NCBI GenBank assembly: GCA_964582615.1
Contig: CAZORP010000003.1
Span: forward strand, 2,091-66,090
DNA length: 64,000 nucleotides
Origin: an uncultured Gammaproteobacteria bacterium
GTDB lineage: Bacteria > Patescibacteriota > Patescibacteriia > UBA9934
Direction of reading: 5' to 3'
Shown here one piece after another: positions 48,958 to 58,056 of the stretch. Position numbers and translations under genes: made by a program. Each line of letters starts with the position of its first letter. The first letter of the stretch is position 1. Below the pieces are notes generated by a model. The model did not search any database. It worked only from the letters and a program-made list of their open reading frames with translations, and was not told the origin of the DNA.

Positions 48958-49418
48958 AAAAAGCTCACGATACCAAGTGACGCCAACGTAACAAGAAGTG
49001 CGCCACACAAAAGACCAAGAAATATCGAGATCGCCGCGGAGTGTTTAGGAATTTTTAACGCAACCGCTGCAAGTGTCATCGTCCAAACGCCCGTAAGTGG
49101 AAAAGGAACGACCAGCGCAAGAAAGAGCGCAATTGCTCCGTAGCGATCATAGTTTCCTTGAACTTTTTTTTGCGCCCTCGCTAAAAGCATGTCAAACGGT
49201 GCAACAAGACGAGGGAAGGCACGAGCAACATGATCTCTCGCGGATGCAAATCCAAAATACAAAGGAAAAAAAGGAATAAATGATCCCGCAACCGAAAGTA
49301 CGTATGCTACAAAAGGAGAATATCCGTATGTTGTTATCGCAATAGGAATAGCAAGTTGATATTCCGTGATAGGAGCCATGCTTAAGGCTACAATATGCGC
49401 CCACGAAGGAATGATCAT
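48954..49418 (-). CDS. small multi-drug export (COG2426-like) membrane protein
   Basis: SMAPITE..AIP and VVPFPLTGVWT motifs. Confidence 0.85.
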   Translation of the reverse strand: MIIPSWAHIVALSMAPITEYQLAIPIAITTYGYSPFVAYVLSVAGSFIPFFPLYFGFASARDHVARAFPRLVAPFDMLLARAQKKVQGNYDRYGAIALFLALVVPFPLTGVWTMTLAAVALKIPKHSAAISIFLGLLCGALLVTLASLGIVSFF

Positions 49419-50383
49419 AGCGACGACGATGGCCATGTATAAATTTGCGTTATCCAATCCGTAACATTTGCCGCATCAGAAAAACGCGCATCTTTTGTTT
49501 CAGCTCCAAGGACCGTTGTAAAAATTTCGTGCCCATCATGCAAAAAAGCCCCTGTAAAGCAATAACCAGCCTCGGGAATAAAACCCGTCTTCCCTGCAAT
49601 GAGTGAAAATCCCGAGGAAAGAAATGCCGTGTGAAAAAGACTATTCGTCGAAGGAATATCTACAGTGAATCCTGAAGCTTGCGTGATCAGCGCATGATCC
49701 TGCTGTGTTCGTGAAAGAATTTCAGGGTATGTTTTTGCACGAAGTAAGAGAAGGCTTACTTCGCGAGCAGTGGAGAGGTTTTCTCCCGAAAGCCCACTAA
49801 CATCGGAAAAGGTGCTTTGCTCCATGCCGATTTCTTGAGCCTTTGCATTCATGCGCGCGAGAAAATCATCCTGAGAAAGTCCTGAAAAGCGTACCAGCGC
49901 CTGCGTTGCAGTATTATCCGATCCAACCAAGCTCGCGCGAAGCACGTCGCCTAGCATGAGCTCATCACGATATGCAAGATACACCCTTCCCCCTGCAAGA
50001 TAGTCATCAGGAAGAAGTACGACGCTCCGCGTAAGATCTGGCTTTGTATCAAGAAACACCATCGCTGTCATGAGCTTGGTAATACTTCCAATGGCACGAG
50101 GAGTGTCAGGATTTTTTCCATACAATAGCATTCCAGAGGCGCCATCAAGAACCGCAACGCTTCGCGCACTCGTAATAATTTCAGCGGCCGCAATGTCAGT
50201 TTTCTCGGGGAGTCTTATGCGACTATTTGCTTGTGGAAGATACTCGCGTCGTGAGAGAGAAAAGCCTGCAACGGGAAGCGTTGGCGACGATATGGCATGC
50301 GGCATGAATGCGGAAACATCAACTTGCGTAGCTTGAAACATCAGCAGTGCAAGCGTCATTTCTGCGACAATTTTCTCTAACAT
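49415..50383 (-). CDS. D-alanyl-D-alanine carboxypeptidase/endopeptidase (peptidase S11)
   Basis: SITK, SDN and KTG motifs. Confidence 0.93.
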   Translation of the reverse strand: MLEKIVAEMTLALLMFQATQVDVSAFMPHAISSPTLPVAGFSLSRREYLPQANSRIRLPEKTDIAAAEIITSARSVAVLDGASGMLLYGKNPDTPRAIGSITKLMTAMVFLDTKPDLTRSVVLLPDDYLAGGRVYLAYRDELMLGDVLRASLVGSDNTATQALVRFSGLSQDDFLARMNAKAQEIGMEQSTFSDVSGLSGENLSTAREVSLLLLRAKTYPEILSRTQQDHALITQASGFTVDIPSTNSLFHTAFLSSGFSLIAGKTGFIPEAGYCFTGAFLHDGHEIFTTVLGAETKDARFSDAANVTDWITQIYTWPSSSL

Positions 50384-50934
50384 AGTGGAGGCGAAGAGGA
50401 TCCAAGAAGCGTATTTACGTGTTCATGCTGATGAAATGCCTCGTAGTCAGGAAGCTCTTCAATACGATGAACACCAAGATAACGAAGGGTGTCTGACGAT
50501 AGAGTATACACCACGGCACTCTTCTCCTTTTCATACTTCTCAAGAATAAGTCCTCGCATGAGAAGATTGCGTAAAATCAACGAGCAGTGTACACCTCGAA
50601 TTGCTTCAATTTCAGGTTGCGTAAGAGGACCGCGATACGCAATAACCGTCAGGGTCTCAAGTGCCGGGCGAGAAAGTTCAGAAGGTGTATCACTTGTATA
50701 CGCTTGAATTACCTCAGAACATCCGGGGTGCGTCCCCAAAAACCATCCATCAGATCCTTCAAAGACGTGGATTCCGGAATGATCTCCATTCATGGCCCCG
50801 CGAAGATTCTCGAGCGCATCACGAACATCCTCCGGTGAATATCCTGAAGCGCGAGCAAGTTTGCCAAGTGACACAGGCCCTTGCGAAACAAAAAGTAGGG
50901 CCTGAATTACTATCGCGCGTGAAGTGAGTTCCAT
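50377..50934 (-). CDS. scpB: SMC-Scp complex subunit ScpB
   Basis: LSRPALETLTVIAYRGPLTQPEIEAIRGV motif. Confidence 0.96.
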   Translation of the reverse strand: MELTSRAIVIQALLFVSQGPVSLGKLARASGYSPEDVRDALENLRGAMNGDHSGIHVFEGSDGWFLGTHPGCSEVIQAYTSDTPSELSRPALETLTVIAYRGPLTQPEIEAIRGVHCSLILRNLLMRGLILEKYEKEKSAVVYTLSSDTLRYLGVHRIEELPDYEAFHQHEHVNTLLGSSSPPLC

Positions 50935-50936
50935 AG

Positions 50937-51635
50937 TTATACAACGCGTTCAAGGATAATATCACCAAATGATGCCTCCTGAAGAACATGAACCTCCTTC
51001 TGCTTCCACATCTCTAAGAGAGCCAAAAACTGCACAACAACATCTTCACGATCTGGCGTTTGCGCAATAACTTCACGAAACGCCATCTTTCCGCGAGCGC
51101 GAAGAGCATCTCGAAGTCCCTGCAAACGCTCTTCAAGGGAAAGCGTTTTTCGCACTCTCTGTTGACGAAGGGCAAAGAATGGAGCCAGTCTTTTGAGAAC
51201 CCGCAAAAAACTCTCATGAAGAACCTCTGGACGCAAACTTGGATGCGGAAGAAAGTTCTCACGACTTCGTACACGGGGTTGAGTTCTTTGGTATGAAACG
51301 GCAGTTCCCCACTGCGCTTGTAAGCGTTTTGCCGCGGCAACAAACTGCTCATAGGCACGCAGGGTGTCCTGCAATCGATCAACTTCATGATCTTCTTCAG
51401 GAAGTGCAAGGTACGGAAGAAGCTCTTTGGTCTTAAGGTAAATAAGACGCGCCGCAATAACCAGCGCATCCGCCATCTCTTCCTCGGAAAGATTACGCGC
51501 CTTGATAGCCTCAAGAAACGCATCAGCGACTTTCGTTAAGCTAATGCGGGTAATTTCAAGTTTTCGCTCCTGAATAAGCGAAAGTAGTAATGCGAGCGGT
51601 CCTTGAAATTCTTCTTGATCCAAAGAAAACGGCAT
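50937..51635 (-). CDS. scpA: segregation and condensation protein A
   Basis: FQGPLALLLSLI, FLALLEM and Q..FGDI motifs. Confidence 0.95.
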   Translation of the reverse strand: MPFSLDQEEFQGPLALLLSLIQERKLEITRISLTKVADAFLEAIKARNLSEEEMADALVIAARLIYLKTKELLPYLALPEEDHEVDRLQDTLRAYEQFVAAAKRLQAQWGTAVSYQRTQPRVRSRENFLPHPSLRPEVLHESFLRVLKRLAPFFALRQQRVRKTLSLEERLQGLRDALRARGKMAFREVIAQTPDREDVVVQFLALLEMWKQKEVHVLQEASFGDIILERVV

Positions 51636-51641
51636 AAATAC

Positions 51642-52955
51642 CTATGGTCGCAAACGCTGAACGTCACGAGGGAAAATCGTCGCTTCTTTTACATTTGCAA
51701 GCCCAAGAAGGTTCTGCGTCAACCGTTGAAGACCCATACCAAAACCACCCTCGGGAGGAATGCCGTACTTGTGCATCATGAGGTAGTCCTCGAACTGTGC
51801 AGGATCTAATTCCTTATCTTTAATTGCCTGCACCTGGTCATCATAGCGATTCACGCGCATGCCGCCTGAAATAATCTCACTGCCAAAACCAATAAGGTCA
51901 AACGTGATAGTATTTTCAGGATTTTTTGGATCACGCAACGCATAAAATGGACGCTTCTTGGTTGGATAATCCGTAACAACAATAAAGCCACACTGATAAT
52001 GCTTTGGACCCCAAACTGTTGAAAGCCAACGCTCCCCCGCCGGAGAAAGATCCGGTTCATGCGTTTCATCAACGCCACCCTCTTCTTTGTACGCAAGAAG
52101 TGCATCTTTCAAAGAAATTCTTGGGAATCGAGTTCCAAGCGGAGGAAGTGTTACCCCAAGCAATGCAAGCTCTCGAGCACAATCGCGCTCAACCGTCGCA
52201 ACCATCTCCCGAATAGATCCCTCGGCATGCGAAACGACTTCATCCATGTCTTCAACAAAACCCATCTCAAATTCTAATTGATTAAACTCCGTGAGGTGGC
52301 GCGATGTCGCAAACTTCTCAGCGCGAAATGAGTACGAAACTCCATACACACCTTCATATACTCCCATGGTGATTTGCTTGTACAGCTGTGCCGACTGCGT
52401 AAGCGTCGCTTCGCGTCCGTAGTAGTCAACCTTAAAAAATTCCGCACCGCCTTCGCTTGCCGCGCCTGCAAGAATAGGAAACATAATTTCCGTGAAGCCC
52501 TGACGCTCCATATATGCACGGTACCCCTTTACAAGCGCCGCTTGCACTTTAAAAATCGCGCGTTGTTTTGGGTGGCGAAGTGTAACAACACGATTATCGA
52601 GGAGCGTTTCAAGCTGAACATCAATATCCGGCTTTGCAATTTCAACAGGAACCGGCTCGGTTACCGGAGAGAGAATTTCAAGCTCAGTACACTGAACTTC
52701 CGCTTCTTTAACCGAAGGATCTTTTGACTGCTTTTCTTTGACTAGCCCTTTGACTTTAATAACCGTCTCCAATTGCAATCCCTTCAATTGCTCAAGATGC
52801 GTCGCTTCCAAAACAACCTGCGCAATTCCCGTTCGATCACGAAGGAGTGCAAAACCAAAATGTTTTTTATCGCGCAAGTTTGAAAGCCAACCCGCAAGAA
52901 TCACTTCTTGACCAAGAAATTCAGGAAGTTGAGCGGCGAGTATTCTATTTTTCAT
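51642..52955 (-). CDS. aspS: aspartate--tRNA ligase, archaeal/eukaryote-like short type
   Basis: LRDRTG OB fold, SEGGAEFF, QSAQLYKQ, FRAE, EIISGG.R and FPRD motifs; no bacterial insertion domain. Confidence 0.93.
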   Translation of the reverse strand: MKNRILAAQLPEFLGQEVILAGWLSNLRDKKHFGFALLRDRTGIAQVVLEATHLEQLKGLQLETVIKVKGLVKEKQSKDPSVKEAEVQCTELEILSPVTEPVPVEIAKPDIDVQLETLLDNRVVTLRHPKQRAIFKVQAALVKGYRAYMERQGFTEIMFPILAGAASEGGAEFFKVDYYGREATLTQSAQLYKQITMGVYEGVYGVSYSFRAEKFATSRHLTEFNQLEFEMGFVEDMDEVVSHAEGSIREMVATVERDCARELALLGVTLPPLGTRFPRISLKDALLAYKEEGGVDETHEPDLSPAGERWLSTVWGPKHYQCGFIVVTDYPTKKRPFYALRDPKNPENTITFDLIGFGSEIISGGMRVNRYDDQVQAIKDKELDPAQFEDYLMMHKYGIPPEGGFGMGLQRLTQNLLGLANVKEATIFPRDVQRLRP

Positions 52956-52971
52956 AGGTATATAAGAAAAA

Positions 52972-54273
52972 TTATGGTCGGTTTCTGTTAAGCATTCTTG
53001 CAAACGGAATCGTTTCACGAATGTGATGCACGCCGGTAATCCAACGAACCGTACGCTCGAGTCCAATGCCAAACCCACTGTGAGGCACAGATCCAAACTT
53101 TCTTGTATTCAAGTACCATTCGTATTCTTCAAGGGGATAACCTCGGTCAATAATTTCCTGACGCAACTGCTCGTAGTCTTCATTGCGCTGACTGCCTCCA
53201 ATAATCTCCCTTCCCTCTTCCGGCGCAATAAGATCAGCGCACCTTGCGCGAAGAACTCCAGCATCATCCGTGAAGCGCTTCATATAAAACGCTTTTACCG
53301 CCGCAGGATAATCCGTAATAAAGACGGGTAACTTATACTTTTCACCCAAGTAAATCTCCTCCTCTGTACTCATGTCATCAAGTGCATCTACCGCGAGTCC
53401 ATCGGCGGCAAGTTCAGCCTTTACTTCGGCATGCGTCTTGCGAATAAACGGCGTGCTCACAAGATTCTCCAAGATCGTTGTATCACGTCCAAGAATTGCT
53501 AACTCAACACGACAGTCACGCAAAACATCTCCAACAATTCTCTTCACCATGCGCTCCTGCACGTCCATGTTCATGACCTGATCGTAAAACGCCATTTCCG
53601 CATCCATCATCCAAAGTTCGCTCAGGTGATGACGAGTCTTGCTCTTTTCAGCTCGAAATACAGGACCAAAGTCGTATACTTTTCCAAAGCCCATAATTCC
53701 CGCCTCACTGTAAAGCTGGCCGGACTGCGAAAGATACATTGGCGTACCGTAGTAATCTACCGTAAAAAGTTGCGTGGTATCTTCGCAACTCGTTGGCTGA
53801 AGAACGGGCGTATCAAAGCGAATGAATCCTTCTTCATGAAAAAACTGCTCAATCGAAAAGAATACTCGATCACGAATGCGAAGAACCGCCCAAGGCGTCT
53901 GTGAACGAAGATAAAGATCTCGATTATCAAAAAGAAACTCGGGACCGTGTTCTTTTTTTCCAATAGGATATTCTTCGGTATTGATGTGTACGGGAATAAT
54001 CATCGTTCCCTGAATTTCATATCCCCCCTGTGCACGAGGCTCTTCCTTTACATATCCACGAACCTCAACCGAAGACTCAAGGGTTAAACTCTTAAGCTGA
54101 TCCCACATTTCCGGAGCAAGATCATGCGCGCTAAAAACCACTTGAACAAAACCGGAACCATCACGAAGCTGAAGGAAGTAAATTTTTCCACTTGAACGGA
54201 AGTTATATGCCCACCCCTTCAAATGCACCTCTTTTCCAACAGCATCTTTTAACTGTCGTATTGTTGTATACAT
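52972..54273 (-). CDS. asnS: asparagine--tRNA ligase
   Basis: LSQSGQLYSEA, FGPVFRAEKSKTRHHLSELWM, EIIGGSQR and FGSVPHSGFGIGLER motifs. Confidence 0.96.
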   Translation of the reverse strand: MYTTIRQLKDAVGKEVHLKGWAYNFRSSGKIYFLQLRDGSGFVQVVFSAHDLAPEMWDQLKSLTLESSVEVRGYVKEEPRAQGGYEIQGTMIIPVHINTEEYPIGKKEHGPEFLFDNRDLYLRSQTPWAVLRIRDRVFFSIEQFFHEEGFIRFDTPVLQPTSCEDTTQLFTVDYYGTPMYLSQSGQLYSEAGIMGFGKVYDFGPVFRAEKSKTRHHLSELWMMDAEMAFYDQVMNMDVQERMVKRIVGDVLRDCRVELAILGRDTTILENLVSTPFIRKTHAEVKAELAADGLAVDALDDMSTEEEIYLGEKYKLPVFITDYPAAVKAFYMKRFTDDAGVLRARCADLIAPEEGREIIGGSQRNEDYEQLRQEIIDRGYPLEEYEWYLNTRKFGSVPHSGFGIGLERTVRWITGVHHIRETIPFARMLNRNRP

Positions 54274-54295
54274 AAAATATTGTAGAGGAACGTAT

Positions 54296-54505
54296 AAAAT
54301 AAATCACCCTTACACAACCACAACTGCAAAAGTTATGGTGATGTAAGGGCGATGCTATCGCGGTGCCACCTTACTTGTTTTAAGAAAAACCTTAAAACTT
54401 CTTCATTTTCCGCAATAACGGGCGGATCCCGTAAGGTTCTACTTGCGCAGCTAGTACGCGTTCTTCCTTAGACTTGGCGGTGTTCAAGTCGCCTCAAGCG
54501 TCTCT
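54296..54505 (-). promoter_or_regulatory. T-box riboswitch (Asn, specifier AAC), ultrashort Stem I, transcriptional
   Basis: Antiterminator GUAAGG-UGGCACC-GCGAU-AGC-AUCGC-CCUUAC and a long alternative terminator. Stem II has GAAC/AGUA, the IIA/B pseudoknot has CCGUUA, Stem III is present, and the 5' hairpin loop contains G-AAC-AC. Confidence 0.92.
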
Positions 54506-54511
54506 GAGGAA

Positions 54512-54540
54512 ACTATAGCAACCAGAAAAAAAAGGTGCAA
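54512..54540 (-). promoter_or_regulatory. promoter for asnS-aspS leader
   Basis: Minus strand TTGCAC-17 nt-TATAGT with extended TG. Confidence 0.7.
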
Positions 54541-54606
54541 GTCCTCAAAAAAAGAGATTTATCACCAAAATTTAGCAAGAATTCGCCAAAAAATACCCTA
54601 TCGTAC

Positions 54607-54635
54607 TTGACAAATAGCGATTTTTATGCTACAGT
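54607..54635 (+). promoter_or_regulatory. strong promoter for surface protein gene
   Basis: TTGACA-17 nt-TACAGT with extended TG. Confidence 0.75.
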
Positions 54636-54660
54636 GATCCGTTAAGAATTTTAACACTCT

Positions 54661-56358
54661 ATGAAGAAAACTCTTTTTGGACTTTTTGCACTTAGCTTCT
54701 TGGCCGTGCAATCCCTCCTCCCTGTTGCAAACACCTTTGCAGCAAACTACGCGCAAGTTGGCGAGGTAAAGAACCTCACCATTCTTAGCGGAGTGTACGG
54801 AAACGACACCACCCCAACATTCACCTGGAATGCTGGAGATAACGCTTCTTGGTATTCCATCGCTATCGACGGAACCGACTGGAAGAGCGTAGGAAACACC
54901 TTTTCCTTCACCACCCCAGAACTTGATCTTGGATGGCACTCCTTCTACGTTCGCTCTCACGTTACCGACCGCATGTCTCCCAATGCAACTACGTATATCG
55001 TATTCAACATTGGAACAACGGTAACCGAAACGACGATTTCTACGGTATCTCCTACCTCCGCAGAGCTCGACGAGGAAACACGTTTCTCTGTAACCGTTTC
55101 AGGCAACACGAATGTTGACTGTGCATGGTACGTTAACGACGTTGAAATCGACGACATGACGCAGAATGGATCTACGTTCTACACAGATTTCACCTTTGAA
55201 TACGATGGTGTTTACGACTCTTACGTTGCATGTATCGATGAATACGGTAATGCATTCAAGGGAAACGAGCGCACCATCACCGTTGATGAAGACGTTGTAT
55301 CTAACAACGACGATATCTCGGTTGGCAAGGTAAGCCCAAGCTCTGCAACTGAAGATGAGGAAGTAACCTTCTCTATCGACGTTGAAGCTGATAACGATAT
55401 CGACTACTGCCATCTCTACGTTGATGGAAAGAAGGTAGCGACCATGGATGAAACCAATTCGAGTCAAACAGAATTCGAGGCAGATTACACCTTCAGCAAT
55501 GATGGCGACTACTCCGTTTACGCTGTTTGTGAGGATGAAGACGGCAACGTTGATACAGGAACGAAAATCACTGTAGACGTTGAAAGCGAAGATGATAACA
55601 ATGGCGTTATCTCTGTTGGAAAAGTAAGTCCAACAACCGCCGTTGAAGACGAATCAACAACGTTCTCCGTTGAAGTTGATGCTGACTACACTGTTGACTA
55701 CTGCGACCTCTACGTTGATGGCGACAAGGTAAAGCGTATGTCCGAGTACAGCAATGACGAATTCAAGACTTCCTACAAGTTCTCCAAGAACGGAAGCTAC
55801 ACCGCATACGCATACTGTGAAGATTCCCGCGGAAATACCGACAAGGGAACGAGCGTTACCGTGAAGGTGTACGATGAAGATGAATACGAAGGATACATGG
55901 GTGAACTTATTAAGATGGAGTGTGGATCAAACCCTGGAGTAAACGATCCTTGTAAGGCTGTGTACTACTACGGAGAGGATGGCAAGCGCCACACCTTCCC
56001 TAACGAAGCAACCTTCTACTCTTGGTACAGCGACTTCGATGATGTTATCGAGATCGACGAAGACACCATGTCTGACATTGCTCTTGGAGATAACGTTACC
56101 CTTCGCCCAGGAAGCGTTCTTGTGAAGTTCCTTACGAGCTCCAAGGTTTACGCAATTGAAGCTCCAAACGTTCTCCGCCACTACGAAACCGAGTCTCTCG
56201 CAAAGTCTGACTACGGATCCGACTGGGCAGATTACGTTATCGAACTTCCAGATTCTTTGTACGGAAACTACGAGATTGGTAAGAGCATCGACAGTTCAAG
56301 CGACTTCGATCACACCGACGCATACTTCTCGGTAGATTCTCTTGAAGATCTTTTCTAG
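54661..56358 (+). CDS. acidic secreted surface protein with Ig-like repeats
   Basis: Signal peptide; three ~100-aa repeats (VSPxxA.xDE...C..YV.G...Y..C.D..GN); C-terminal AVYYYGEDGKRHTFPNE domain. Confidence 0.88.
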   Translation: MKKTLFGLFALSFLAVQSLLPVANTFAANYAQVGEVKNLTILSGVYGNDTTPTFTWNAGDNASWYSIAIDGTDWKSVGNTFSFTTPELDLGWHSFYVRSHVTDRMSPNATTYIVFNIGTTVTETTISTVSPTSAELDEETRFSVTVSGNTNVDCAWYVNDVEIDDMTQNGSTFYTDFTFEYDGVYDSYVACIDEYGNAFKGNERTITVDEDVVSNNDDISVGKVSPSSATEDEEVTFSIDVEADNDIDYCHLYVDGKKVATMDETNSSQTEFEADYTFSNDGDYSVYAVCEDEDGNVDTGTKITVDVESEDDNNGVISVGKVSPTTAVEDESTTFSVEVDADYTVDYCDLYVDGDKVKRMSEYSNDEFKTSYKFSKNGSYTAYAYCEDSRGNTDKGTSVTVKVYDEDEYEGYMGELIKMECGSNPGVNDPCKAVYYYGEDGKRHTFPNEATFYSWYSDFDDVIEIDEDTMSDIALGDNVTLRPGSVLVKFLTSSKVYAIEAPNVLRHYETESLAKSDYGSDWADYVIELPDSLYGNYEIGKSIDSSSDFDHTDAYFSVDSLEDLF

Positions 56359-56363
56359 AGTGC

Positions 56364-56391
56364 AAAAAAACAGCCTTCGGGCTGTTTTTTT
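56364..56391. terminator. bidirectional terminator
   Basis: A7-CAGCC-ttcg-GGCTG-T7. Confidence 0.85.
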
Positions 56392-56392
56392 A

Positions 56393-57217
56393 TTAAGAGA
56401 CTTCATCTTCGGTTTTCCTTGGAAGAAGCGAATCGCTACCCCAGCCCAACATGGCGTATTCCCAGTACGGAGTATCTCCATAGCCCGGAACGTGGAGACG
56501 TAACATATCGTGAATGCATTCAGAAAATGCCACAACTTCATCACCTCGCAAGGGTGCCTTGAGAAGATCTTTATACGAAGCACCTCTTGCAAAACGCAAC
56601 ATCGTCACCGCTTCTTCTTGCATAAGCCTTGCTGTTGCAACCTGTTCAGGAGCACGCAAAAAACACTCCGTACACAAAAGCCCCCCACGAATATCGTGCC
56701 AGCGAAATGCGAGTGGCTGAATACGTTCTCGACAATCAAGACAAGCGTGTAATTCAAGATTGTATCCAAGATGCGAAAGAACTCTCAAAAAAAATGATCC
56801 CCAAATAAACAACGTTCTACTGGATGATGTGAAGCGTTGTGTATCAAGAAATTCAAGAAACTCCTCACATGCACGATACAGTTCAAGGTCGGGAGAGCGA
56901 TCGTAAAGCACTCTACAGAGCATGATTGAGGTCGTCTCTACAAGGAGACGATATTCCAAAGTTTGATGAATGCTAAAAAAGGTATTCACCCTCTCAACGC
57001 CGATAACTGTTGTCTGAGATCTTCCTACAATCAATTCAAGATTTACCTTTGCACACGGCTCAAGATGTGACGCTAACTTAGCCCTTCCCTTTGAGGCTCC
57101 TCTTCCAATGAACTCAATTTTTCCAAATTGCTTCGTAAGCGCAACATATCTTCTATCAGCTTCTTTCCAAGGAAAAACCGCAAGAACAATTGCCTCATCT
57201 TTCTGCGCGGACCACAT
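56393..57217 (-). CDS. recO: DNA repair protein RecO
   Basis: EADR..LT..FGKI...GA; LGY...CxxC...GGLLCxxC zinc motif. Confidence 0.93.
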   Translation of the reverse strand: MWSAQKDEAIVLAVFPWKEADRRYVALTKQFGKIEFIGRGASKGRAKLASHLEPCAKVNLELIVGRSQTTVIGVERVNTFFSIHQTLEYRLLVETTSIMLCRVLYDRSPDLELYRACEEFLEFLDTQRFTSSSRTLFIWGSFFLRVLSHLGYNLELHACLDCRERIQPLAFRWHDIRGGLLCTECFLRAPEQVATARLMQEEAVTMLRFARGASYKDLLKAPLRGDEVVAFSECIHDMLRLHVPGYGDTPYWEYAMLGWGSDSLLPRKTEDEVS

Positions 57218-57224
57218 AAAAATG

Positions 57225-57623
57225 TCACGCCTGAGTATCAAAAAATTCTTGCAAAATAAGCATCGCCGCTAAGGCATCAGTTTCCGCAGTTCTTCCTCCA
57301 TCGGCTTCTTCTTGCAAGCGAACAGCTGATCGAGTTGTAAAACTTTCATCAACTTCATAAAGCGGACGTGGGGCAATGTAGCCGCGTAAACGAGCAATAA
57401 AGTCACGAACTCGATGATACTGATACGCATCCTGTCCTTTTGCGGGAAGTGGAATACCTACAACACAGGCATCGATACTTTCGTCTTTTATCAACTGACA
57501 TAGCTTTCGCTCACCCTCAGATCCCCCCTCAATCACCAACAGCGGAACTGCAAGACGCGAAACATCCTCACCAAGGGCGAGTCCAATACGACGAGCGCTG
57601 TAATCAATTCCAAGATACTTCAC
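57225..57623 (-). CDS. ruvX: Holliday junction resolvase-like / pre-16S rRNA nuclease YqgF
   Basis: LGIDY..RRIGLA, VVGIP, DESFTT and DALAAMLILQ motifs. GTG start. Confidence 0.93.
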   Translation of the reverse strand: MKYLGIDYSARRIGLALGEDVSRLAVPLLVIEGGSEGERKLCQLIKDESIDACVVGIPLPAKGQDAYQYHRVRDFIARLRGYIAPRPLYEVDESFTTRSAVRLQEEADGGRTAETDALAAMLILQEFFDTQA

Positions 57624-57627
57624 ACGC

Positions 57628-58056
57628 TTACCAAGATACGAGAGTTCGCAACGTCACCCCGTTACTCATAACTGGACGATCGACCCCGGGTTCGTACACC
57701 CCATCACCGTCATCTTTAATAACCAGCGCAATATAATCGCGATCAAATGATGCCGACGAGGAAAAGCGCACATCGTGAACCCCCTCCGAAAGAAGCTCGG
57801 AAGTTCTTACGATGGAACCAGGAATATCCCCCATTGCCTCATGAAGCGTAACAAAACCGGGCGCCATCATTGATGCCGAAAATGTGATCTCGGAAGAATT
57901 TGCCTGAGTTAGCGCAAGCTCGGTTCCAGTAACTTCTACCGGACCAAAAGATGTCACCGAAGTCTTCGATACACTTCTTGCTCCAAACCAAAGACCAATA
58001 AATATAAGGAGAACTCCCCCAAGAAGAATAAGTCCCTCAAGATCACCGCGTTTCAT
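57628..58056 (-). CDS. membrane-anchored hypothetical protein
   Basis: N-terminal TM; GFVTLHE and DDGDGVY..D.P motifs. Confidence 0.7.
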   Translation of the reverse strand: MKRGDLEGLILLGGVLLIFIGLWFGARSVSKTSVTSFGPVEVTGTELALTQANSSEITFSASMMAPGFVTLHEAMGDIPGSIVRTSELLSEGVHDVRFSSSASFDRDYIALVIKDDGDGVYEPGVDRPVMSNGVTLRTLVSW

